From Ascoidea asiatica JCM 7603 (taxonomy: Eukaryota; Fungi; Ascomycota), in the NCBI GenBank assembly GCA_001600695.1, contig BCKQ01000004.1, positions 632,089-682,055 of the forward strand: DNA of 49,967 nucleotides. The letters are read 5' to 3'. The translations under genes and the position numbers were made by a program. Below the pieces are notes generated by a model. It made no database searches. It was not told the DNA's origin and worked only from the letters and a program-made list of their open reading frames with translations. The number at the start of each line of letters is the position of its first letter. The first letter of the stretch is position 1. This document shows positions 33,723 through 44,217 of this stretch, piece by piece.

Positions 33723-34021
33723 AGTAAATTAGAGAAAAACGAAGGAAACGAGCACTTTTTGCTAATTAAACGGGTAATGCGGAAATAACACTCTATTAGG
33801 AAATAATGTGCCATAAAACTTGCATGCCGCTGATTTCACAGTGGCAGTGCGATACCGGCTTTATTTCAATATTTCCGCAATGGAAAACCACTCTACGGAA
33901 GCTAAAATTAATGGCGGAAAATGTTTTTGAGTCCAAAAAAATCTAAAATTTATCATTTTTCCGTAAAAATCCGGTTTTAATAGCAAAAAAGTGCTCGTTT
34001 CCTTAATTTTTCTCATTTACT
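33723..34021. repeat. Imperfect ~60-bp inverted repeat pair bounding a ~300-bp element (MITE-like or structured ncRNA)
   Basis: AAGGAAACGAGCACTTTTT (33742-33760) is the exact reverse complement of AAAAAGTGCTCGTTTCCTT (33986-34004); similarity extends on both sides. Confidence 0.8.
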
Positions 34022-34277
34022 GCTGGCCAATATAACCAATTCCAATGTTCGGCAATCTCTAAGATCTTAAAGGAAGAGGTGAAAGAAAGATCAGGAAGAC
34101 CCATACCGGAATCTTAGATATTGCAATGATGCATTTCAAAAATGATTGAAGTGAATTTTGTTTTTACTTTGAAGTGAAATTTAATAGTGCGAAATTCATT
34201 TTTAAGCATTAATTTTGCCTGTTTTTGATTTTAAATTTATATGTTCTGTTATTGAATAGAGAGAAAGCCATCAAAAA

Positions 34278-35393
34278 ATGAATATATACAAATCCTCAAG
34301 AGTTTTTCAATTCGTTCCTCGTGAAACTCTTCGTTTTCACTCTCATTCCCACACTCACTCAGATCCTAGCCTTTTGGTCAAAACAAATGGGTGGAAAGAT
34401 CCAAGTGTCCGAATAACATGGATAGGTTTAATATCAAATGCAGGATTTGTTATAGGAAAAGGAGTTGGAGGTGTAGTTTTTCATTCACCTTCTTTACTTG
34501 CTGATTCCATTCATTCTGTCTCTGATTTGGCTTCAGACTTTTTAACTTTAGCCACTGTTAATTATGGTAAAAGATTTCCCTCATTTGATTATCCCAACGG
34601 TTTAGGTAAGATTGAAACAATGGGATCTCTATCGGTATCAATGCTTTTACTATCGGCTGGAGTCTCGATTGGCTGGTCATCAATAGTATCTATTTTAGGA
34701 CCCCTAATTCCAACATTAGTAGATAATGGTAATATTTTTCTCAATCAAATAACAGGAATTCCTTCAATCATTCATGTAGATAAAAGCTCCTTGACTTTAC
34801 CTATTGTTCAGGAAGCTACAAATATTAATGCTGCTTGGATTGCAGGTGGTTCAATTGCTGTCAAAGAATGGCTTTTTCAAGCAACCAAAAAAATTGCGAT
34901 TGCAACAAAATCAAATGTTCTATTAGCAAATGCCTGGCATCATAGAGTGGATAGTCTAACAGCTTTAGTGTCTCTTGGTACAATCACCTCAAGTCATTTT
35001 TTGAATATCTCTTGGTTTGATTCGATTGGTGGATTTTTAGTTTCTGTATTGATTATAAAAGCTGGATATTCTTCAGCTAAAACAGCCATTTTTGAGCTAA
35101 TTGATAAATCAATTGATAGAAATGATTCGACTTATATTGAGATTGAAAAAGAAATAAATGATACTCTTTTACAATTATCAATAACAGAAGAAAATCTGAA
35201 AATGAAAATCAAAACCTTGAATATGCAAAATAGTGGTCCAAATATTATAATAACAGATCTAATTTTAGAAGTTCCTTTAGGAAATTCAACCAATGTGACA
35301 ACTCTTAATAAGGCATCAAAATTTCTCAAGAAAAAGCTTTTGGAAAATAATAAGCGATTAAAAAAATGTTCTGTTGAATTTATTGAGGAATAA
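34278..35393 (+). CDS. MMT2: Mitochondrial cation diffusion facilitator (iron exporter) Mmt1/Mmt2
   Basis: Presequence-like N-terminus, HSHSHTH, 'VRITWIGL', 'LLADSIHSVSD', 'GKIETMGS', 'ANAWHHRVDS'. Confidence 0.88.
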   Translation: MNIYKSSRVFQFVPRETLRFHSHSHTHSDPSLLVKTNGWKDPSVRITWIGLISNAGFVIGKGVGGVVFHSPSLLADSIHSVSDLASDFLTLATVNYGKRFPSFDYPNGLGKIETMGSLSVSMLLLSAGVSIGWSSIVSILGPLIPTLVDNGNIFLNQITGIPSIIHVDKSSLTLPIVQEATNINAAWIAGGSIAVKEWLFQATKKIAIATKSNVLLANAWHHRVDSLTALVSLGTITSSHFLNISWFDSIGGFLVSVLIIKAGYSSAKTAIFELIDKSIDRNDSTYIEIEKEINDTLLQLSITEENLKMKIKTLNMQNSGPNIIITDLILEVPLGNSTNVTTLNKASKFLKKKLLENNKRLKKCSVEFIEE

Positions 35394-35484
35394 TATATAT
35401 TTCAAAACATAATTTTCTTAATATCCATATTGAATCTACAAATAATTCGAACTTAAAAGCAAAAAAATAGTTAACTATATAAAT

Positions 35485-37341
35485 TTAAAAATTGAAAGAA
35501 CCAGGTAGTGAAGCTTTTTTAAAGGAATCGGCATTATTCATAGTATTATATCTTGTTTTCAGTTTACTTGGAATGGATTTTTGATTTTTTCCTAAAGATT
35601 TATTTGGATGATTGTAATTTTGTGGAATTAAAGCAATGATTGGATTTACCTGCTCTGAAGTCGCATCAAATGTTTTTGGAGCTCTTGAATCATTTTTAGA
35701 AAAATCAAGTGAATTTTTTATTGTTGGTAAAGTACTAACAAACGTACGTCCGCCATCAATTTCCCTTAACCATCTTAAACAACAAAAGTTAAAATTAATA
35801 AAAAATGTTAGTTTGTAAATGGCTATCAATAATTTTTTTTTAAAGATATTTGATAATATATAAGTGTTTTAAATATACATACTTGAAAGTTTCTGGATAC
35901 TTCAAAGATATAAAATTGTAAATATTTTGAGATATTTTTCTAACTTCAGGATCATTTTTGATCCAATATCCATGTTGAATTAATCTTTTTACTTCACCTG
36001 TTTTTTCAGATAGATAATCATTCATACAACAATTTGAATGTTGAGTGATTAAAACTTGAAGAAGAGAATAAAATAATCTGTAAGAAAACGCTCTTTCTGT
36101 ATATTCAACAGCTTGAGATAATATAGGAATAAAACTAATATAATCATTACAAAATGAGTTATGAGTAATGAAAGATAGTAAAGTTATAATTTTTGTTTCT
36201 AAAACTTGTAAAGAATCATAAGACATTCTACCAGCAGCATAAATGCCTAATTCTAAATTACATAAATAACGAAATAAAACATGATGAGGCTGTATTGTTG
36301 GATTTGCAATTTTCCAATCTTTAAAAACATTTAAAACTTTCAATCTGTTTTTAGGAAAAAAAGTCCAATGAGACCAAATATATTGAAGAATCATTTCTAT
36401 TAAAACCTGAGAAACAATAGTATTTGATTCATTTAAAAGATCAAAAATAACACCAGTGTCAATGATTTGTTCCATTAAATCATTAAACGCAGGTAGATAA
36501 ACATTAGCATTTTCAAAATTTGAATTATTTGCACCAATTGCTAGTAACCTAATAACCGCAATTTTTTTTGTTATGAAATCATTAATTGATGGTCTTGGTA
36601 TAAATTCATTCAATAAAGATAAATTAATTTCATTAATTGTTCTTTCAGCTTTCCAAGCAGTTATAAAATTCATTGAAGTAATAATTAATGATAATTTAGT
36701 TGCAGCTTTACATTGATCAATCGAAGTTCCATTAGTAATATTTGACATCTGACTATGATTATTACTTAAGCTATTAGCTTTTTCTTTTAAAGGTAAATTT
36801 TGTTTAAAAATAAATAGTTCTTCAACAGAATAAGTGATTTTCCTTTTTTTATGTTTTCTTTTTATTTTCTGAGTTGAATTTTCATCTAATATAATAGAAC
36901 CTAATGGAATATTATCATAATTTTCACTATCGCTATAATTATAATTATAATTATCATTACTATTATGCTTATTATTGCTATTACTATTGCTATTACTATT
37001 CTTATTATCATATTCTAAATTTAAATTTGTAGAATTAACCGATTGAGCATCAGAAAGAGAATCACGTAAAGAGCCAGTGCGAAGTATTTTCAATTGTTCA
37101 ATTTTATTTTGATTGAAAATAGCAGAATGAGCAGCAGAATTAGATATTAAAGCTGAATTTTCTGTATTTGTTTTTGTTTGTTGATTATATTCATTTAAAA
37201 GAGTGTGAATTGGAAAATAAGAATCATTTGAATTAAAAAATTCATAATTCTGACTTTGAGATTCTGTTGAATTTAAATTTTTGATATTTTTATTATTTAA
37301 TTTAACAAACTTCAAAGGTTCTAGGTTTTCATTATCATGCC

Positions 37342-37396
<55 letters not shown>

Positions 37397-37984
37397 GCCA
37401 TTAAAAGGTGGATAAGCTTTAGAAGCACCAAATTCCATTGTTTGAGGAAGAGAACCGGCATTTCTTTTATCTGATTGATTTGAAAGAGTTATTGCAGAAT
37501 TAGAACTCCAAGAACTTCCAAGTCTATTATCATTTGTTGCTTCAGCTTTTTTTCTATCATTCACCGAACAAAAATATTCTCTGATTGTAAAAATTATTGC
37601 AGAAAGTAAAATTACAAAAAAAATCATTAAACCAAATATAGACAAAGCATCAAATAAAGGCTGATATTGAGATTCTTGGTTTTTATGTATTAATAAATGT
37701 CTTGTTCTATCTTCAAAATAAGCTTGATGATATAAATCTGAATTAACACCAGGAATATTTCTTTTTTTCAAATAATTTAACGATGCACCTTTATTTAAAT
37801 TTATATTATAATCATCCTTGAATTGAATAAACTGATTCAGGTAATTATTATTATCATTGTTAATATTATTATTAATGTTTCTTTTATTTAAATTAGAATT
37901 TGTACCAAAAAAGGAATATTCATTTTCTAGTTGGCGTTTAAGCGCTTGTTGAATTTTATTTTGATTCAATGAAAATTTATTCAT
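35485..37984 (-). CDS. Uncharacterised single-TM protein with Asn-rich linker and helical-repeat C-domain; spliced, exons 37984-35883 and 35773-35485 (~796 aa)
   Basis: 714-codon ORF. GTATGT at 35882, AACTAAC branch and TAAG acceptor at 35774 (109-nt phase-2 intron) join it in frame to the 35485..35829 ORF. Confidence 0.75.
37343..37396. repeat. (TTA/AAT)n microsatellite encoding poly-Asn
   Basis: About 18 tandem ATT units within the minus-strand CDS. Confidence 0.9.
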
Positions 37985-39647
37985 TTTTAATTGATAAAAA
38001 ATGTTTAAAGATCGACTAATTTGAAATGATTATTTTAGTTATGAAATCATAAAAAATATATAAAATGAAACCTTGAAGAATTAATATTAACATTCTAAAA
38101 TCAAAATATCAATGAAAGTAAAACTTTTAAAAACTGAGAAATAAAATTTTAGCTTTACTGAATTAACCCATAAAATGATATGAAGTTTTTTCTGCTCATT
38201 TATTACAGTGCCAAACAAATTTTCTTGTAACTCTGGAAGTTCATTTTTGAAATTGATTTATCTCATACCTTTAAGACAAAATGAAGTTAGCTGCTTAAAG
38301 ACAAGTGAAACCAAGTGAAATCTGGAAAAATCTTCAAATATTACTAGCTGTTTTGATTGAAGAATTGGAGAGTTTTCCGAATTGTCTGCTTTTGTGGCAG
38401 TTACTGAGAAGTCAAAAAACAGCAGAAATCCAACTGATCTACCAACTCAGGGGCCATTCTACCGGCGAAGATAATTCTAGTGCAAACAAAGCAGTTAAAG
38501 TAAAAAAATCGAATCAACATTTGTTGATGGGTATTTTAATAAAATATTTTAAATCATCTTTAGCTAATTCATTATTTTAGATCTTTATTTTGAATCCATT
38601 TGATTAGCACTGCTACATTCTCTTGAAAAATAATATTTTTCAAAATATGGATTAATCCATACTAGAAGTAAATGCTTTCAATTCTCAAAAGAAGTTCCAG
38701 AATATTGAACAAATTCTAGAATCATATTATTTTCATTTGCAAAATTGTCTTTCGAATTACTTACTTGAACCATCCCTTGAATAATGATAATCACTTCTTT
38801 CAACGAGACTGACTTTATTCTGCTACTCTACAGTAGTTTTTTGGTGTTTGTAGAGTAATGGTTACTACTGATTAGTCTTTTCATTTTATGTATTTTTAGC
38901 TTTCTTTCCCGTCTACGCAGATACCTGCAACACAGGGTACTCCAACGCGGAATATTAAACCATTGGTATGGTTCTTTCAGGTCCTTTGAGTCTGGCTTAG
39001 CAGTTGATGAACTTTGCCTGCTTGATCAGCATTACACTTTTTGTAATAATTGTAGTAATTGCAATAACTTAGTAAACGGAGAACGGTTCGGCAACCTTAT
39101 TTGAATTTTATTACACGACAGCCTAAAAATATTAATATATTTCATTCGTCTAATTCATTTTGAATCAATTTTCATCTTTTTTTCATTTATCTCATCTTTG
39201 ATGAATATTCGTTAGATATTCTATAGATGCATATTACTTAAAATTAATCATTTAGCTATGGAAATTTTATACTACTCAATTGATCTCAGGCCTATATAAA
39301 GATGATCCAATTCCTGCTTTTTAAATTATCCTCTTAATGTTTGGTTTCTTTCCTTTTTTTTTATTTTTTGTTTCCCTTCTTTTCAATCATTCTCAAATAC
39401 TTTCAAGATTAAATAGAAATTAATATAATAATTAAAATTTAATTCAATTTCAATTTCAATTTATTCTACTGATTTGGTAATAATAAATAATTAAATAAAG
39501 AAAAATTATCAATTATAATTAATATCATAAATATATCATTTCTAGATATTGCATATACACTTTATAGCTCAATTCAATCACTTTCGTTCAAAAAATCTAA
39601 GCAAAACAATTTAATCATTTAAAAATAAAAATAAAAATAAAACTAAA

Positions 39648-40703
39648 ATGAGAAGTTCAGTATTATTTTATTATTCATTGATAATTTTATCATCAATGAA
39701 AATTGAAGCTTCATATATTCCAACATTTTTTAAAAGAAGTGAAAATAAATTAATCTCCCTGGAAGATTTAGTACCTGCAAATGTTGTCAAAAGAGATGCT
39801 AATAAAGTTTCATTAAATGATTTAGTGCCTGTTAATGTTGTGAAAAGAAATGCAATCTTACTTTCTCTGGATGATTTAGTACCTGCAAATATTTTCAAAA
39901 GGGATACAATATATACAACAAGTGTTGAACAAGCAGTTTCTCAAATTGGCGATGGACAAATTCAAGCTGCCACTTCAACTTCAACTTTATCAGCTGTTGT
40001 AACACAGATTGGTGATGGTCAAATTCAAGCTCCAACTTCAACTTCAACTACTTCTTCAAAATCCACTTCCACTGTTACTCCAGTAAGTCAAATTAGTGAT
40101 GGTCAAATCCAAGGTACTTTAACAGTTACTGATTTAACAACTGAAACTTCATTAACGGTTGTTACTATAGTTTCTGATGGTTCTCTTATTCTTTCAACTG
40201 TTGATGCATCAACTTCTGATTCTGAATCATCTACTGCTTCTGAGAAAACTACAGCTTCATCTTTTTATTTTTCAATTATTGAAACTGGAACCGGAACTGA
40301 AACCGAAACCTCTGATATTCTTACTGGTACTAGTAGTGATATATTATCTGGTGAATCTACTACTGAAACTGGAGCTTCTGATATTTTAGGCTCTGAAATT
40401 TTATCTTCTGGTACTTCATCTTTAACAACTGATTACACTCTTACTACAATGCTTATTACTTCAACCGATATTTCCGGTAGTATAGTAACATCAACTACAT
40501 CAGCTTTACTTTCCACAAATACTGCTGGTCAAACTGTACTTGCTGATGTACCAAGCTCTATATTAGCTGCAGAAAGTTCAACAGCTTCTGAATCAACTAG
40601 TTTTGAATTATCTGTTTTAAGTTCTGGTTTCAACTTACAATATAATCTATTAGCTTTATCTACTTTTATTTTTGTTGTAATCCTTGATTTAGTTATTTTA
40701 TAA
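39648..40703 (+). CDS. Cell-wall protein with PIR repeats, Ser/Thr-rich stalk, probable GPI signal and three N-terminal Kex2-flanked repeats
   Basis: Signal peptide; three repeats each ending in KR; SQIGDGQIQA, TQIGDGQIQA, SQISDGQIQG; hydrophobic C-tail after SSG. No cysteines, so no Pir four-Cys domain. Confidence 0.85.
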   Translation: MRSSVLFYYSLIILSSMKIEASYIPTFFKRSENKLISLEDLVPANVVKRDANKVSLNDLVPVNVVKRNAILLSLDDLVPANIFKRDTIYTTSVEQAVSQIGDGQIQAATSTSTLSAVVTQIGDGQIQAPTSTSTTSSKSTSTVTPVSQISDGQIQGTLTVTDLTTETSLTVVTIVSDGSLILSTVDASTSDSESSTASEKTTASSFYFSIIETGTGTETETSDILTGTSSDILSGESTTETGASDILGSEILSSGTSSLTTDYTLTTMLITSTDISGSIVTSTTSALLSTNTAGQTVLADVPSSILAAESSTASESTSFELSVLSSGFNLQYNLLALSTFIFVVILDLVIL

Positions 40704-41132
40704 GATTAGTTTCTTAGTTGCTTAGTTTTTAAAAAAAAGTTTATGTAAAGTTTAGGTTCAAAATTTAGGTAAATTTTTTAGGTATTTGGTTTTCATCTTA
40801 AAATTGTGAGGGTATTATTTTTTTCATTTTTGTTCTTTATTTTATATACATTTATTAATTTTCAAAGGGATGGTTTGAAAAATTTTCAAAAACCGAAAAT
40901 AGACATTTGGTTTTAAAGTATTTTTGATTTGTAACATTTTTATTATATTTTTGTTCTTGTTATTGTTCACAAAAGGTCTTTGTTTTTTTTCTTCTTATGA
41001 TTGATTATTTTAATCTTTTCTTCATCTTTTAATCTCGTTAGTTGTACATTACTTTTAATGTTTCCTAAATAGCTTTACTATGGAATATATTTTATTGCAG
41101 ACCACTTTATTACTTATTGTCACTTCCTCTCC

Positions 41133-41189
41133 CACGTTCCCAAAACAATCAAGCACGCGTCATGGATTATTGCTTGTGTGCGCTGATTG
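41133..41189. promoter_or_regulatory. Motif cluster upstream of PPN1: CACGTT (Pho4-like), ACGCGT (MCB), ATTGG (CCAAT box)
   Basis: Motifs at 41133, 41155 and about 41186 in a GC-richer patch. Confidence 0.35.
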
Positions 41190-41564
41190 GCCAAAAACTT
41201 TTATTTTTCGTGCCGACCGAGCTTGAATACAATTCCACCAGCTCCGATATTTATCAATCAACAATAAAATATATTCAACAATAAGAAAAAACTGCATAGA
41301 AATTATCTCACATTTTGTATTTTCTTCTTTTGTTTAATAACTTTTTTTAACAAATTGAGGCTGAATTGAACTTAACAAAGAACTTTAACACTTCCATTAT
41401 TTAATCCTTGTGACAATTCACCCAGAATGCTTTCATTCTTGTCTTCTAGTTATTTAAATTCAATCATATAATCAAATATACTCTCAGATCTTTTTTATCT
41501 GTTTAAAAATATAAAACATATATTCCAGAAAATAAATTCATATTCAAATTATTAAATCTTCAAA

Positions 41565-43781
41565 ATGTTTCAAGACCTCTTCAAATACAAAATCTATCAC
41601 AATCTCAATAATAGAGAAGAAAATAATATCAATACTAATGATAATTACAAATTCGACGAGTATTTAATTAACTCAATTGACAATGAAAAATCAAGTCTAA
41701 AACGTAAAAAAAAATACTCTTTTAGATCATTAAGAATTATATTATCTTTGCTAACCACAATATTTATAACTTTCTTTTTTGTATATATTCAATTAGACAC
41801 TAATATAAATTCAATTAATGATAATATTTGGAATATTGATCATAATAACAATAATTTAACTACTCAATTATCCTATACTTCAAAACAAATACAAGAATTA
41901 AAAAAATTAAATTTATCAACAACTAATCCAGTTCAAATTCAAACTGTTAATGGTCCTAAAATCATTCATGGTAGATTTCTTCATATAACGGACTTTCATC
42001 CCGATCCTCTTTATAAACCAGGCTCTGATATTCAAAATGCTTGTCATAGAGGTAAAGGTTCTGCATCAAAATATGGTGATGCAATTTTAGGTTGTGATTC
42101 ACCATTAATCTTAGTTGAAGAAACAATTAAATGGATTGATCAAAATTTAAAAGATAAAATTGATTTTATCGTTTGGACTGGTGATAATGTTCGTCATGAT
42201 AATGATAGAGAAAATCCAAGATTCGAACCTGATATTTTTGAATTAAATCAAAATATTTCAAATCTTATGTTTTCAACTTTCAAAAAAGAAAATTCATTAA
42301 ATCCAAGAAGTCTACAAGTTAAGATTATTCCAAGTCTTGGTAATAATGATGTTTATCCTCATAATTTATTTTCTCCTGGTCCAACTTTACAAAGTCGTCA
42401 ATTATGGAAAACTTGGGAAAGATTTATAACCAATGATCAGTATCATGTATTTGAAAGTGGTGTTTATTTCTTTTCGGAAATTATTCCAAATCAATTAGCT
42501 GTATTATCAATTAATACTTTATTTTTTTTCAAAAGCAATCCATTAGTTGATGATTGTGATAGTAGAAAACAACCTGGTTATAAACTTTTAGCCTGGTTAG
42601 GCTCAACTTTGAAAGAATTAAGAAAGAGAAAAATGAAAGTTTGGTTGACTGGACATGTACCTCCATTACCTAAAAATTATGAATTAAGTTGTTATAGAAA
42701 ATATATTGCTTGGTCTTATGCTTATAGAGATGTTATAATTGGTGGCTTATATGGTCATATGAATATTGATCATTTTGCACCTTTAGATTCTCAATTAGCT
42801 TTCCAATCAATAAATTTGGAATTTGAAAGAAAAAATTTACCAAAATTATATGATTTTGATTATTTAAACAATAACAATAATAATAATATCTCAAATAACT
42901 ATTCTACTTTTGAAACTTTAGATGATATTTATAAAGAAATTGATAATTCGTATGATGATTATCTTGATATTCTAGATGATAATGAAATATCATTAAAAGG
43001 GGGTTTACCAGTTGGAAAAGTTCAATATATGGAAACTGTTAGAAGATTATTTTATTCTTCTGTCGATTATAAAAAAAGTTCATCTCTAGAAAACTCTGAA
43101 AGATACTCAATAGTTCATGTTACTGCAAGTGTTGTACCAACTTTTAATCCTGGATTTAGAGTTTGGGAATATAATATTTCTGATCTACATCTTAATGAGA
43201 ATTTAGCTCTGCAATCATCTTATGAATCATGGGATACATTTTTTAGTACTTTGAAAATTAATTTAACCGATTTTGGATCTTCCTTTGATGCCTTTGATCA
43301 AGAAGAAGAAGAAGAAGAAGAAGAAGAAGATTTTAAAGATTTAATTCCGTTTACAAAAAAGGATCCCACTCTACCCTCAATTCAACCTGGTAATATATCT
43401 TTAGGACCTGCTTATATTCCTCAATTATTTACCCCAACAAGATATGTTCAATATTATATTGATTTGAAAGAATTAAATCAAAAAAATAGTGAATTTGATT
43501 ATAAATACGAATATTCTACAGATAAAGAATATAATATGACTTCCTTACTTGTTAGTAATTGGTTAAATCTCGCAAAAAAATTAGCAAAACCTTTGAAAGA
43601 ATCACCAAATGATTTAATAGCTTGTGGGAAAAAAGGAAAAAAAGGAAAGAAAAATAAGAAAAGCAAGAAAGATAAAAAAGGAAAGAAAGGAAATAAAAAG
43701 TCAGAAGAGTTGGAAAAACTCTGGCAGAAATTCATAAAACATAGTTTCATAAGCTCAGATTATGAAAATATGGGTTTATAG
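41565..43781 (+). CDS. PPN1: Vacuolar endopolyphosphatase Ppn1
   Basis: Type II TM; metallophosphoesterase motifs 'GRFLHITDFHPD', 'WTGDNVRHD', 'GNNDVYPHN', 'GHVPP', 'YGHMNIDHF'. Confidence 0.95.
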   Translation: MFQDLFKYKIYHNLNNREENNINTNDNYKFDEYLINSIDNEKSSLKRKKKYSFRSLRIILSLLTTIFITFFFVYIQLDTNINSINDNIWNIDHNNNNLTTQLSYTSKQIQELKKLNLSTTNPVQIQTVNGPKIIHGRFLHITDFHPDPLYKPGSDIQNACHRGKGSASKYGDAILGCDSPLILVEETIKWIDQNLKDKIDFIVWTGDNVRHDNDRENPRFEPDIFELNQNISNLMFSTFKKENSLNPRSLQVKIIPSLGNNDVYPHNLFSPGPTLQSRQLWKTWERFITNDQYHVFESGVYFFSEIIPNQLAVLSINTLFFFKSNPLVDDCDSRKQPGYKLLAWLGSTLKELRKRKMKVWLTGHVPPLPKNYELSCYRKYIAWSYAYRDVIIGGLYGHMNIDHFAPLDSQLAFQSINLEFERKNLPKLYDFDYLNNNNNNNISNNYSTFETLDDIYKEIDNSYDDYLDILDDNEISLKGGLPVGKVQYMETVRRLFYSSVDYKKSSSLENSERYSIVHVTASVVPTFNPGFRVWEYNISDLHLNENLALQSSYESWDTFFSTLKINLTDFGSSFDAFDQEEEEEEEEEDFKDLIPFTKKDPTLPSIQPGNISLGPAYIPQLFTPTRYVQYYIDLKELNQKNSEFDYKYEYSTDKEYNMTSLLVSNWLNLAKKLAKPLKESPNDLIACGKKGKKGKKNKKSKKDKKGKKGNKKSEELEKLWQKFIKHSFISSDYENMGL

Positions 43782-44217
43782 GATGTACATGAGGTAGAAT
43801 ATTATATCAAAATATTATATATCTGCTTTGTTTATTGTGCATAAATTCTTTTTTTTTAAATCGAAAAAAAAAGATCAAAACCGAATCAATGGTTTTAGGG
43901 GAATTAATTTGAAGGCATAGACCAAAGACCATTCAAAGTTTTTAGATTGGATTTTGAACGAATTTTATATATTAATGTCTCTAATCGAATGGATATCTCA
44001 AAATAAGAAAAAAAAAATTGTCAGTTCTTCCAAGAACATTTAAAAAAACGAAATAGAAAAATAGTTAAAAAAATTGAATAAAAAGTACTGATTTAACCAT
44101 CAAATACAGGGTATTAAATAAAATATAAATAAAGAGCATTTTTTCAAGATTTCCAAAATCTTTCTCAATAGAACAGTTAAAGATATTGTAAAATTATTAA
44201 CCATAAACCAGATTAGA

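Noticed and set aside
33840-33862. Resemblance of AGTGGC...CGATACCG to the RNase P RNA 3' end
   Set aside because: The upstream GGAAATTCGGT-type P4 partner is absent.
38305-38580. 91-aa intergenic ORF
   Set aside because: GTG start, atypical codon usage and no recognisable motif; cannot be supported.
43625-43700. Lys-rich and poly-Glu tracts in Ppn1
   Set aside because: Low-complexity insertions are typical of fungal Ppn1 C-termini.
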